A program made the position numbers and the translations under genes. A stretch of 64,000 nt of DNA from positions 248,001 through 312,000 of the forward strand of contig JAVKOQ020000012.1 in the NCBI GenBank assembly GCA_031835245.2, read 5' to 3'. This DNA comes from Balamuthia mandrillaris. Taxonomy: Eukaryota. Shown piece by piece: positions 36,086 through 49,961 of this stretch. Positions within the stretch are counted from its first letter, which is position 1. Every line of letters starts with the position of its first letter. The notes beneath the pieces were generated by a model. That model was not told the DNA's origin and did not search any database. It worked only from the letters and a program-made list of their open reading frames with translations.

Positions 36086-37362
36086 CTAAGAAGAAAGCTC
36101 AAAGGGATGAATGGGAAACGGGCTGACCATAAGTCCGCCATCGGGGAGATAGTTGGCAGGTTGCATCGTCGTCGGGAATAGAAGGAACGGCAAGGAGGAG
36201 GTCTTATCAGCATGTGGGCTTGTGTACAGCTGTTCCTCCTCTTTCGCCCCACGTTGAGGAGAATCCAAAATGGCTGATGCGATGCTTTTTTTTCTGTTGT
36301 TAGCACATGAAAAGAAAAAGAAAGGAAAGAAGGGAAAAGCTCAGTTTGAACTAACCTAGGAAACTTGAGGATGTGCAAACATTCCTCTGCCCGTTGAACA
36401 ACGCTCGGATGGAAGACCTCCTTCTTCTGCAAGACCTTTGCCAAACAAAGAACGACCCTGGCGGCAAGATCCTGCCACCGAGCTGCCAACTTTGAGAGCG
36501 AAGACAGCACCACCAACATCAGTCTTGTTGTGTACAATGCTGCTCCCGCTTTCTTTCCAGGGAAAGAGGAGGAGGCAGGTTGTTGTTGCAGTGCCATTCG
36601 CTCGTAGGCAAAGGTCTCTAAGGCGGTGTGATAGTCATAGATGATGTTCTGGGTACAAAAGGAGGTAAGAGCGGGGCTGGCATACTCCCCAACCGCCCAA
36701 CAGAGCTGCAAGACCAACTCCTGGCGAGCTGGATGCTGTGATGGTGGATCTGTGATGATGCCCACAATGAGGTCCTGATGGATGGCGACGAGGAATGGGC
36801 TAGCACGAAACATTTCCATTGCACGACGAACGAGTTCTTTGCGCACAGTTCCTTGAAACTCTTCAAGAGGGAAGAGTTGCTCTATGCGCTCAAACATGTC
36901 TGGAAGAAGAGAAGCAAAGACAGAAGAGGTTTTGGAGGTGGCAGCGACTGCATTGTTGTTATTGTTGGAGGAAGAAGAGGGAAAGGATGAGGGTTCGGGT
37001 TCGGGAGAAGCATAGCTTAGCAGGACATCAAAGAAGATGGAGAGTAGGACTGGTACAGCTTGTGCTACAGCCACTACTCGAGGCGTTGATGTAGTATTCT
37101 GTAAGAAAGGAAAAGGCCAATAAGTTTAAAAAGAAGACGAAAAACGATCAAGATGAAGAGGACGAACCCGACAAAACTCTTGTAGCAACCCGAATGTAGT
37201 CGAAGACTTCCAAAAATTGATGCTAACTCCACTCTCATTACGAAGAATATAGTTGTACAATACTCTGTACTCATTAGTAGCTTCATCATATTCGCTCCCT
37301 TCCATTGACGTCACTTTTTGATTGTTCGTTGGGTTTGATAAGCCATAAAAGAAAACAAATAC

Positions 37363-37401
<39 letters not shown>

Positions 37402-38534
37402 ACAGCATTGAATGCGTTCAAGCGCAGCTGCCAATAAAGGAAGATCCAACAGAGAATGGAATATCTCAAGATATGTAGAAGGGCCGATCATCGCGGGTAG
37501 CAACTCTGCAAACTCGCTTTGAATGAACGTCGAAGTAATTACTTCAAGGAAAGCACAAAGCGAGAGAAGGAGGAGAGAGAATGTGTACCTAAATACAGAA
37601 AAAGGGGACCAAGCAAAAAGTTTGAAGATAGGGGGGAAATAGACCGTGAATATGTTGGTGCACTGCAGCAATTGTATCTTATTTTCGAGGAAGAAGTTCA
37701 TAGTCTCAAATGATACAAAAGAATTGTTATCTAATCAATGATGTCGTGGTTAGCGCCATAAAGAAAATCGCACGAGAAACGCATAAGGAGAAAAAGAACA
37801 AAAAGGAAAGCAGCAAGCATACAATGGGTACTGAGATACTGCTCGAAGAAACAACGGAAGATGGGTTCGGGATCATAAACCGCCGACTCGCTGTGATTCG
37901 TCAAGAACTGGAGCACTGCCACAAAAACGTGACCGTTGGTGCGTCCGCTCTCCCTGTCAAAGATTTTCTTCACTAATGGTAACAATTGTGGCACCTGCGA
38001 AGGGTTCAGCTTGCAAATAACGTCCAGAATGCGAATGGCCTCTGCCAGAGCGATCTGCGGCAGCTCTTCTTTGTGTTGCTGTTGGCTGCTCTTTGCCAAG
38101 CTAACTCGTGCAGCAACCTCCGAAGCAACTCCACCAGCACTACCAACAGTGCCGATGCCTCCAAGACCGACGCCGCCGCTGCCACCAGCACCGCTGCCAG
38201 AAGTTCCTTTGGACATGGGTTTGAGCTTGGATTGCTCGATGATGCGAAGGCAGTACTTAATGATGCCTTCCTCGAAACTAGGTTCTAACCGACGTTTTGA
38301 TTGTTGCTGTTGTAGCGAGGAATGGTACTGTTGGCAGAGCCAACTGTGAAGAGAGGAAAAGGAGAGAACATTGAAGGATTGTTCCTCTGAGTATTGGCCA
38401 GTGTTGTTGAGGACCGTGAAGAAGGATTGAGCTGGTGAGCCATCGATCTCAGTCACGACCGCGGCATGGGATGAGCCTAACCCAAAGACTTTTGATGGGA
38501 ATCGTTCAGTAAGAGGACGAAAAGTGGAGATGGG

Positions 38535-38585
<51 letters not shown>

Positions 38586-38999
38586 AGTACACCGCACTCC
38601 GGAAGTATGTTCAGAAGCGTCTTTGGCATGAAGCAACCAGTCCATCATCTGTTTTTCCACCGGTTGCATGTAGTTTCGCTGCAACTCCACTCTTCTACCT
38701 GCTCAAACAACTAAACGAATGAGCAACCAGAAGGACAGAGAGAGAGAGAGAGAGAGGCGTAGAAAAATATACCAAGGAGAGATAGAGAGGTAAAGGCGGT
38801 GCTGCGCATAGTAGAGTCCTGTCCGACAACCCAACGGACAACAGAAGGTAGCATGCGAGCGACCGTTGAATCCTCCGCTAGTGCCACTATCAGAGGAAGT
38901 AGAGAGAGGTGGCTTCCTGCTCCTTTCTTAGAGGTGGCGGCAGTGCTATTCTGAGTCCTTTTGGTGATGTCAGGATCTGACGAGAAGAACGAAAAAAAT

Positions 39000-39043
<44 letters not shown>

Positions 39044-39255
39044 CCTCGAAAGAAGTAGCTCGGGGTCTGTGTTTGAGAGTTGTTTGGAAAAAGAAAGACA
39101 CAACACGCGCAACTTGGCGCTGGCATTCTCGTCAAGAAGCAGGTTCACGCTTTTTTTGTTCGACTTTGAGCACATACAAAGAGAAAAGAATGACAACGAG
39201 AGGAGAAGAGAGCGACGAAGGAAGGGAGGGAGAGAAAGCATAGAATGAGAGTAAC

Positions 39256-39301
<46 letters not shown>

Positions 39302-39627
39302 CATTACATTTCCGTCGCAAGGGACATCGGCATTGGCAGAAGACCCGGCGCGCTGAGTTGCAGGACGTATAAACCTCGCAACGCCTCCAATGTTTCCTTC
39401 GCGCTCTTTCCTTTCTTTCCCATGACCTGGACAGCCACAAGACATACAACAAAAGCCATAGTTACTCATCAAACAGAATGGGACACATGCAAACACGTTT
39501 TTTTTTTTTGTACCAAAGATATCTGCTGCATACGCCTTTCCACATGCTCTTGCGTGAGTTCCTCTTGCGGCACAACCACCTCGGCAAGTGCGGCTCCCAC
39601 GCGTTGCGGGCTCGCCATGCGTTCCAT
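36086..39627 (-). CDS. AP5Z1: AP-5 complex subunit zeta
   Basis: VTEIDGS...FFTVLN, IFKLFAW, FHSLLDLP, LYNYILRNESG, LCWAVGEYAS, LSKLAAR, RAEECLHILKFPSIA; many introns, 5' structure approximate. Confidence 0.88.
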
Positions 39628-39846
39628 CACGATCACCAAAGAACTTTGGTGCAGAGGCGCTACTTTTTTTTTTGTTTGCTTATCCTTCTAGTGTCGTCAT
39701 GAAAAATGCAGTTTCTGTTTGATGACTCCTCAAGAAAAAGTCCACAAAAAGTTTTTTTTTTGTTTTGAGGAAAAACGAAGAAGAAAGAAAGGGCGGAGGA
39801 GGAGAAGGAGGAGCCAAGAAGAACCACACACAAAGAACCCGAAGAA

Positions 39847-40634
39847 ATGAGGTTCGTACAAACCGACGATGGATGTTTTTTGTGTTCGTTTGGTCCACAC
39901 TTGTTAAACAACTCCATTTGTTGTTTTGAAGTATGATGTTGTGTCCGTTAACTTTGGCTGAGGAGAAATCGCATATTCACTAATAGCTGATTTCTTTTCG
40001 TTTGCTTTCATCGTGCTAATAGCTACAGAAGTCGCGACAGAGACAGAGAGAGAGACAAGAGAGACGAACGCGATGCTCCCCCTCCTGAAGAGGTATCGGC
40101 TCTACCATGTTTTTTGCTCCTAGCTCTGCTACTCCTTTCCCTCTCTCTATCTCCTTTCGCTGCTCCTCTCTCGTTCTCTCTTCCTCTTTTGCGCCAACTG
40201 GACGCAAGGAGAGTCGCCAGCCTTTTGCAAGCACAACCTATCTTCTTACACTCTCTTTCTTCCTCTTCCTGCTGCAGGAAAAATCAGAGGAAGAGCTCCT
40301 CAACGCCGGACCACTCTCAATCCTGGCAGACAGCGTCCGCACCAACTCCTACATCCTCGTCAACGTGCGCAACAACAAAAAACTTTTGGGCAGAGTGAAG
40401 GCCTTTGACCGCCACTGCAACTTGGTGCTGGAGAATGTAAAGGAAATGTGGACTGAAGTGCCAAAGACGGGCAAAGGCAAGAAGAAAGCCAAGCCTGTCA
40501 ACAGAGAACGCTTCATCAGCAAAATGTTTTTGCGGGGAGACAGCGTCATTCTTATCCTCAAAAACCCACTCCAGAGCAAAGGCAATGCTCCTTCCGCTGG
40601 TGCCTCTTCATCGGCTGAAGCAATGGTCCAGTAA
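39847..40634 (+). CDS. SNRPD2: Small nuclear ribonucleoprotein Sm D2
   Basis: [51 protein letters not shown]. First exon ATGAG|GT inferred from phase. Confidence 0.96.
39928..39994 (+). ncRNA. Candidate intronic box C/D snoRNA
   Basis: Box C-like ATGATGT 39933-39939, internal CTGA 39958-39961, box D CTGA 39987-39990, terminal stem GAAG/TTTC, inside the inferred SmD2 intron 1. Confidence 0.55.
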
Positions 40635-40841
40635 CCGCCCTGCTGTTCTTCATCCTTCTCTATCTACTCTCTTCACTCTCGTTTCTCTTGTCTAAACGTA
40701 TAAAAAAGAAGCAAAAAAAAATGTTGCTCGCTGAACACAAACAGCTTGTTTTGGTTATCGAGAAAACAACTGAAGGTGTGAAGAAGAAACGCCAGAACGG
40801 GTGCCTCGTTTTGGGTGGTTTCCGAGGATGACAGAAACCGC

Positions 40842-41663
40842 TTAGCGGTACCTTCTGAGAGAGAGGGTGTTGTGTCGTTTCCATACGGCCCTCCTGGAAG
40901 GTCTGGCCTTGTTGTGACGGCTTCCCTTGCCCCAGAGACCCCTGGAAGAGCGACCAGCAGCGGTCAAACCTCTCATTTCTCTGTGCTTCATCACGGGCTT
41001 GCACAGCCAGTTGATCCTTGGATCGTTGCGGATAGCGTTGTGGTTAGGATCGACAAGGACGACCTCAAAGAACTTGTAGACGGCATCCTAGAGAGGGAAG
41101 GGAACACAGAGGGTCAGAGAAAGGAGGGTAACAATGAAGGGGAGTGAACATACCTGAGCAACCCAGTAAGAGTTAAGAACCCTCAAGTTTCCGCAGCGGC
41201 GGCCAACTCTCTCCTCAGCCACGCTCCTCAAGTTTCTGTTGAACTTCAATCCGATGATACCCTGGGTGGCGGGCTTACCGTAGACGATACCCTTGTGCAC
41301 CTTCCTCTTACGGCCACCACGGCGAACTCTGACCCTGTAGACTACGAAACCTTGCTTGGCCTTGTAGCCGAGCTTGCGGGCCTTGTCAGGGCGAGAGGGA
41401 CGAGTGACGCGCACAACACCGGGGTATTGTCTGTCGAAAGGGGAGTACTCCCAGTTTAATACAGCAAATCAAATGATGCAACTGAGAGTTCAGAAAGTTT
41501 TACCTGTACTCCCAGGTCCTCATGCGGAGAAGGAAACGCATCACGTCGGACTGTTTCTTCTTCCATAACTCTTCCATATACTTGTAGGCACCTGTCAAAG
41601 AACAACGCACATCAGTACTGCACCACACACAGCCTACCACGGGAGGCTAACAAACATACCCAT
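40842..41663 (-). CDS. RPL15: 60S ribosomal protein L15 (eL15)
   Basis: [62 protein letters not shown]; three introns. Confidence 0.99.
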
Positions 41664-41933
41664 GTTGGAAGATCAAAGCGAGCACAAGGGCTTCCGGCTG
41701 GCTAAAACGATAGAGGAGGGAAAAGAGAGAAGAAAAAAGTAAAGCGAGAGCAGGGGAGGATGGTGGATACGAGAAATCAACAGCGTCGACAAAAATAAAT
41801 TACGAACTCCTATTGGCTTCCGGAGTTTTTGTGTGCTGCAGCGTCTCTGCAGCTTTCGTTGTCACACGATGTTGTGCTCCAAACAAAAAAAAAAAAGACA
41901 GAACGAAGGACCTACCCTTGTTGTGGCAACATA

Positions 41934-42444
41934 ATGTGTACCGTACGTGTTTGCTTTTTTTTTTTTTTTTTTTTTTTTTGGAGGTGCCCTGCCTACACCC
42001 TTTTGCGCTGACTAGTTTGAAACAATGCACACCAGGGAGCGAAGAGAACGAGACAAAATGGGTTGATACTCTTGTTCTTCACTGCACTTTTTCATGGCTA
42101 CATCACCTTTTGGCTTATCATCACAGTAACGTTCACTCTCTCACTCTCTCTATCTTCTGCTTAGCTTCTACAAACGTATTTACACGCCCGTTGTTTGAAA
42201 GCCCTTCATAGACAAGGATATATTCATTCAGGACTATTTCCTTCCAAGAGAGCTTGCTTTGACGGTCTTGGTCACCATCGGCATCTTTGTGATGGCGTGG
42301 CTGCTCGTTTCTCTGTCCCTTCTTATCCTCAACTCTCAACCTCGCACCCTTCCTCGTTCTTTCAATGCTGTTCAATCCTCTTCTTCTTCTTCTTCTTCTT
42401 CTTCTTCTTCCCGCTCACCAACTTCGTACCAAATAGCTTCATGA
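41934..42444 (+). CDS. DPM2-like dolichol-phosphate-mannose synthase regulatory subunit
   Basis: Spliced MCT|GAKRTRQNGLILLFFTALFHGYITFWLIIT|PFIDKDIFIQDYFLPRELAL plus a second TM helix; PFID...YFLPR is the DPM2 signature. Confidence 0.8.
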
Positions 42445-42474
42445 ACTTTTAAATTACGATAAACATGTACAGTT

Positions 42475-42529
<55 letters not shown>

Positions 42530-42544
42530 CAAAAGAAAGAGCTT

Positions 42545-43509
<965 letters not shown>

Positions 43510-43692
43510 TTTTCTTTTCTTTTCTTTTCTTTTCTTTTCGTTTTGTTACCCCTATCTACGAGGTTGCATCACATAATATGAAAATACTTACATATTAGGT
43601 AAATTTCCAGTTTTACCTATGAGGTTGAATAACCAACCGCTTAATAGAAAAATAATTTTATAAACAAAAAAAAAACAAAAACACAAAAAAAG

Positions 43693-44396
43693 ATGAGGAG
43701 GAGGAGCACTGGTGGGTGCGCGTTGCGTGGGTGGCTGGGGATGGGCACGTCGCGGTTTCCCTTGAGGGCCTCAATGACCCCGTCACTTGCAGGGCTCACC
43801 CCCTCTCACAGGATACCCCCGGCAGCAGGGCCACGCTGGCTCGGAGCAGCCCCAACTTTGTACACAACGGCCAGCGCAGCTCCTGCCGAGGATGCTGCTT
43901 CACGGCTGGACCTCACCCTCACTCCACGAGCGAAGACGGTACGTTTTTTTTTTTTGTTTGCGTTATGCCATCGCAGAACACTGCTCACATGCATGCATAC
44001 TCTGCAGCGGTTAGAGGAGATCAAAGAGAAACTGCAAAAGCCCTTCATGTTGCGGGTGGCCATCTCTGGCGGGGCTGGTTGTCACGGCTTTTCCTATCAG
44101 TACTCTATTGACACAGAGCCCCCTGCCACGGAGGATATGTACGCATACGCCACTCTTTTTTGCCTTTGTGGTAGAGTGGGCCATTGTATTCACTTTGTGG
44201 TTCTGTTTCTGTTTTTCAAAGAGTGCTTCAAGTGAACGGCTCTCACGTGGTGGTTGACAATGAATCGGCCGAGCACGTGAGAGGTGCCACCTTGGACTTT
44301 GTGGATGAACCCATTGGCAGAGCTTTTGCTATCACCTACAATCCAAACGCTCAATCCAGCTGCAGCTGTGGAAGCTCTTTTCTTCCAAAAATGTAA
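43693..44396 (+). CDS. ISCA2: Mitochondrial Fe-S cluster assembly protein (IscA/HesB family, ISCA2-like)
   Basis: Presequence, LRVAISGGAGCHGFSY, VVVDNES..VRGATLDF..E.IG.AF...NPNA.SSCSCGSSF; two introns. Confidence 0.92.
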
Positions 44397-44412
44397 AAAA
44401 ACAACAACAATG

Positions 44413-44450
<38 letters not shown>

Positions 44451-44539
44451 AGAACGAACCCTGTGGTGGGCAGCTGTGGAGCAACGGCCATTGTAGCTGC
44501 CATTGCTGTGGAAGCGTCGGCAACGAGCGATTTATTTTA

Positions 44540-44614
<75 letters not shown>

Positions 44615-44982
44615 GGGCACGAACTAAAGGACCTCCCGTAGACTCGGAGGGTCGGTCACCGGTTGAGAGGGGGGGCAAAGGGACCTTGGATGAGCTCTTT
44701 TCGAACTCGTCGGCCCTCAGAGAGGGAACGCCGTGCGTGTGCGCGTGCGTGTGCGTGCGTGCCCGAGTCTAAAGGACGTTCCTATCAGCAAAAAAAAAAA
44801 CCTTTTTCTTCGGCGTTAACAAAACGTGAAGAGGTGCTAACAACAATCCTTCCTTTCTTTCTTTCCTGTTCTTCTTTCTTTCTTGGGTCTTCTTTCTTTC
44901 TTTCTTGCTTGCTTGGGGACCCAGCCAGGGTAGGGTGAACCCAAAGGGTAATAAGAAACCAAAGGTTTGGCCGGAGACGAGT

Positions 44983-46136
44983 ATGGCAACGGAGAAGGAA
45001 GCGGAGGGCCACCACTGGCTGGGGCGAGTGGATGCCCTGCACGGTCAGAAATGTTTCGCCAAGGTGCACGAACTGCTGGTGGCCTACCTTCGAGACCATC
45101 CGGCCACAGCCGCTCCTCCTCCTCCTGCAGCTTCTGCTGCCGGCCAACAACACCCCGCACCGCCCGTTGCCAGCGAGGAGGTCATGTGGCGGATGGCGCG
45201 TTCCTGCTTGGACATGGCTTCCGAGCTGCCGTCGGAGAGCAAGGCAGCGCGCAAAGAGCTTCTCTTTCAAGGGCTGCGCTGCGCCCAGCTTGCGCTCCGC
45301 CTGAACCCTTCCATCTATATCCTTTCCTTCTCCTCACTCCCCCAGAAGATTCCTGCCTCGCTCTCTTCCTGTTCCCCCCTCCTTGACTGAAGGGCGATCG
45401 ATGAACCTCAGACGCACAAATGGTATGCCGTGCTTCTGAGCGCAAGTGGGGAGTTTGTCAGCCTCAGGCAGCGCGTGGAGAATGCGCTCAACATCCGCGA
45501 GCACGCTCTGCAAGCACTCTCTCTCAACCCCGACGACGCCACCACTCTCCATCTTATGGTTTCGTTCCTCTTTCTTTAAGTACCCTTCTTTCGTTCATGC
45601 GCTTACTGGGTTGGTGTTGTTTGCGGCTTGCTGCATGTCCCACCACTCAAACCGAGCAGGGACGGTGGTGCTATAACGTAGCTAACGTGGGTTGGTTGGA
45701 GCGGAAGCTGGCAACAGCGCTGCTGGGTGGTGGTGGAGGCGGAGGAGAAAGAAAGGCGCTGCCAACCGCCACGCTGGAGGAAGCCCTTCAGTACTTTCTG
45801 CAAGCTGAGCAGCAAGAGCCCAACAATCTGCGGAACCTATTTTGGGTGGCGGAGACCTACGCCAAGCTTGCGGCTAGCACCCCTTCCTCCAACGGTGGTG
45901 CCAACGACAACAAGAAGAAAGGGCGGCAGGAAGAGGAGGACCGGAAGGAGAAGGCGCGGCAGCAAGCCGTGAGCTATTATAACAAGGTCTTGCGGAGCGT
46001 TGTGCAAAGCAACAACGACAAGGCGGTGCAACGGGAGGCAGAGGTAGCGTTGGCCAAGCTTTTGCCTTCCTCTTCATCGTCTTCCGCTCGACTGTCCTCT
46101 TCTGTTTTCACAACAACAGCAAAGAGCAAGCTTTGA
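44983..46136 (+). CDS. Regulator of microtubule dynamics (RMD1/RMDN family) protein
   Basis: EVMWRMAR, HKWYAV, ALSLNPDDAT, GRWCYNVANVGWLERKLA, PTATLEEALQYFLQAE. Confidence 0.88.
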
Positions 46137-46210
46137 TCTTTTTTGTGAATATTTCCAACTCATTCATTATGATACCCAACTTCAACATTCCTCAGGCGCA
46201 GTTCTCTTCG

Positions 46211-47615
46211 TCAGTCACCGCTCCCCTGAGACAAGTCCTGCAACGTAGGCAGCGGCGGCGGCGGCGGTGGATCCTCTGCCCTTTTAGGCAAAAAGTCCGT
46301 CGCCGGTTCCTTCCTTGCGTCACAAAAGCTCCTCAGTGCAGTTCCTACCACTTCCGCTGCCACACTCTTCTTCTCCACCTCCCCTCCCTCCTTTCTTTCT
46401 TTCTCATTCGATTTATACGTTGTGGTCTTGCAAACTTCCAGAAAGAGAACACGTTGCTCTACGCCAGTGCCTCCATGAACAACATAACAGAGGTGCTCTC
46501 GTACCGACAACAAACAAGACCGTCCTTCAGTTTTGTTTGTTGCTTCCTCTTCTTTTCCTTCTTCGTCTTCTTGTTTGAGGCACGCCTCCACGAAGGATTG
46601 GCGGTAGGGTCGGCCGGGGTCGGCCAACACGGCAACACCGCCTTCTCGCAGTACCCATTTTAGCAGTCTCGCAATGTGCTTTCCTTTTGGTCCACAATGA
46701 GAACGATGGGGAAATGAAAGGCAATAAACGACATGATGGATGAAAGAGAGGCGAAACGAGCGAAACCAAATGTAAGAGAGATGGGAAGCTAAAGTAAAAT
46801 GGCACCGGCAAAAGAACAATGCATAAGCGTACCAGATGCAGAACTGTAGAGAATATCAGCACCCAGAAGCACATCAAAGCTTTCCTTTGGCCAACTCTCT
46901 GTGTCCCTCCTGTTTGCAATACATATTTGTTGTTTAGGTTGAACAGAGAGACAGAGACAGAGAGAGATAGAGCGAGGGGAGAGACAAAGACAGAGAGAGC
47001 AGGAAGGTACCAATCCAAGCAACGCGTATCGGCTTTAACGTTGTTCAGAAGGGCATTCTCTCGTGCCAGCTCTACTGCTGACTCCTCGAAGTCGCTGATG
47101 AGAAGAGGCTCAGCCCCAACACGGCCTGCTGCAATGCCTGCTATCGCTGGGTTCCCGGCAACAAACATAAGCCAACAACAAGGAGACAAAAAGCTCTCAA
47201 AATAAAGAAAGGAAGGAAAGGGCATACCAGTGCCAGCGCCTATTTCAATAACAGAAAGACGCGACAGGTCCAGAGACAACACGAAACGAGCAAGAGCCAA
47301 GGAGGGTTCCCAAATGATAGACCAGTAGGGGAGGTCTTCCTTTCCAGGACAGCTTCCTGGTGACGGCAGGAGGTTCGGTGAGGAAGAGGAACGGCCAGCT
47401 TCAGCATTGATATCCCTCTGGGCATGCTCTTCTGTGGAAGAAGAGGGACTGGCGCTCCTCAGCACCTTTTCCAAAGAGCGTGGGGTGGCTCTCTTGATAT
47501 CCAAAGTCACTCGCTCGCTGATTTTGACCTGCGTGGTGCGGAAATCGAGGGTGTGCGATGGTCCCTCCGTTTTCTCTACGGCGGTGCAGCCATTCGTGGA
47601 AGAAGGCAAAACCAT
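46211..47615 (-). CDS. Class I SAM-dependent protein methyltransferase (Methyltransf_16-like)
   Basis: PYWSIIWEPSLALA, VIEIGAGTG, ISDF, LDW, FDVLLGADILY, LADPGR. Confidence 0.88.
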
Positions 47616-47820
47616 GCTTTTTCTTTTTCCTTTTGCTTTTTGCCGAAATTGTTGAACTTTTCATTATGCGCATTACACTTGCCGAGGGTTCCTGAGACGA
47701 ATGAATTAAACACACGTCACCTATCTCTCAGGTCGACACGTATTGACGTTCGAGTCGACACGGATTTAGTCGACACAACAAATAATACAACAAAACAAAA
47801 AAGCAAGAGCAAGGAGGAGG

Positions 47821-49128
47821 TCAATGGACCAAACGTTGGTCAATCCTCAAGGGGCCAAGCGTTACTTTCGGTCCTTTGTGTCGAGGAACGCCAGCGTGAA
47901 TCCTCAGGAAATAGGTGATCTCATAGCCAGCGGAAGGTTCGGTGTAGGTGGGATCCATGTTGTAAGGGAGCTTGATGTAGACGAGCTCTCTGTAGCGATA
48001 ACGGGCCTTCACAGGGAAGCCTCTGGGATGCTCCTCGTTGCTGTGTATGATCTCTTCCTTCTCGCTGTGTAGTTTGCGTTTGCCTCTTGTGATCTCGAAG
48101 CTGCGGGTCTTCTTGATGAGGAACCAGGACAAGGCCTTGATACTCTTGGGCGATTGGTTGTAGATCTCCGTGCGAAGCATGATCTTCTCCCCAACGTAGT
48201 AGTGAGCCCGGTCCATACCTATGGACAAGGTGCAAGGGAGCTTAGAATTCCAAAAGGCAGCCGCGTTGCTGGCGCTCATGGGCTTGTCGTACTGCGATTT
48301 GGGGTCAGCCTGCGGCTGCTTGTCCGGTTTGGTGGTCTTCAGGCCCATCAGCACGAAGGGCACGTTGGCATATTCTGGCTCCGCCATATCCCTGTCGTGA
48401 GAGACGTAGTCCTCCGGCTGCAGCGCTCCCACGTCCGTGGGAAGCACGTAAGGAGCCGCCGCCATTTGTCTTTGTCGCATTTCATCAACGGAGGGCAGCA
48501 GCAGTTCCATTGGGGACCGCACCCTCCCTTCCTCCTCCTCCTCCTCCTCAAAGCCGCGACGACGATTGGAGAAAGGCGTGTTGCCGTCCACGAGGGCTAT
48601 CAGGGAAGGAGGTGGAGAGATCGAGTGGGTAGCAGCAGGAGAGCCAGGGGCTGCCGTCTCTATCGGTGGAAGTTCCAGGTCATAGACCTCCGGCACGTCT
48701 TCCATCAATGGCCGGATTTGACGGACGTATCCTCCCTCTCCAGCAGCTGAGGCTATTTTCTTGGCTTGCGTCAACTGTAGTTCCTGAATTCTTTGCTCTA
48801 TGTCCAACAAGGACTGCAGCAGCTGCTCTGAGTTCGTTACCAGTTTTTGAATGCGCTGGCCTTGGCCTGTTTTGGCCTGAAAGTCTTCCCCTGGAGAGCC
48901 TGGCATGGGCTGTGTTCCTAGCTTTTCGCAAATGCGCCCAACACTGACTTCCCCGTCATGTAGCGAGCCCGCAAGCTTATCGATGATTCCATCTATGATC
49001 TACCAACATTCCCGTTAAAAGGGGTTTAAAAAATCATAAGACAGCAAACAGAAGGCCTTGAAAAAAACAAAAAACAAACGGTAATGTACCTTATTGAACT
49101 TCTCGGCCAACAAGTCTGCTTGTGCCAT
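47821..49128 (-). CDS. Coiled-coil plus arrestin C-terminal-like domain protein
   Basis: MAQADLLAEKFNK|IIDG...; coiled coil LLQSLLDIEQRIQEL; C-terminal YYVGEKIMLRTEIYNQSPKSI...LP...PT...YEITYFLRI resembles arrestin_C. Confidence 0.7.
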
Positions 49129-49490
49129 TCCTTGCGGTGTTCTTCTTCCTTCTTTTCTTTTTTCTCTTCGATTTTGGTGTTAATCCAAAATTACTTCTCT
49201 CCTCTCCATTCTCTCTGTTATCCTCTCTCCTGTCCTCTGTGCGGTGCACCATCTGTGCACCATTTCCGGTCAATTTTCCGAACGGTGTCGACAGATATTC
49301 TCGCGCCAAAAAATTTTTTTTGAGGAGTCAACCGCAAAAACAAAAAAAAAAAAAAACGCAAAAAAGAGAAGAAAAGTAGAGAGGAGGGGGCAGTACCGCT
49401 TATTTTTCTGGTGCGAGTGAATCGATTGGCCTGCCACTGTGCTACACTTTTTTTAATCTTTTTTTTTTGCCTCTCTTCTCTTGCAAGACC

Positions 49491-49961
49491 ATGTCGGAAA
49501 CTCAACCCACGGATGGCGAGAAGGCCAAGTCGGAAGTGATCACGGTGAAACTGGCACCGCAAGATGGCTCGGTACTGTTTTTGTTGGATGTGTTCGTTCA
49601 TTGTAGTCTTTGTTTGCAAATTCAACGCAACAAGATGCAGCAAAAAACTTTCGTTTTTGCTGACTGTGGTGCAAACAGAGTGACATTGAGATCAGAGCCA
49701 GACAAACCACGAAAATACAAAAACTGGTGGATGCTTGGGCCAAGCAGCGGAACGTGTCCAGCAGCTCTGTTCGGCTGCTCTCTCCAGAGGGTGAGAGGCT
49801 CCAGTTTGATTGGACCCTGCAACAAGCTGGCATACGTGACGGAGTACGTTCACTTTTTATGACTGTTTCCCATTTTCTGCTCCCTGGGTGCTTACTGATT
49901 CACCGCTGCACAGGATCAAATCGACGTTATGTTGATACAAACAGGAGGAGGGAAGGCATAG
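49491..49961 (+). CDS. Divergent SUMO-like protein
   Basis: ITVKLAPQDGS|SDIEIRARQTTKIQKLVDAWA...GERL...GIRDG|DQIDVMLIQTGG-GKA*. Confidence 0.9.
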
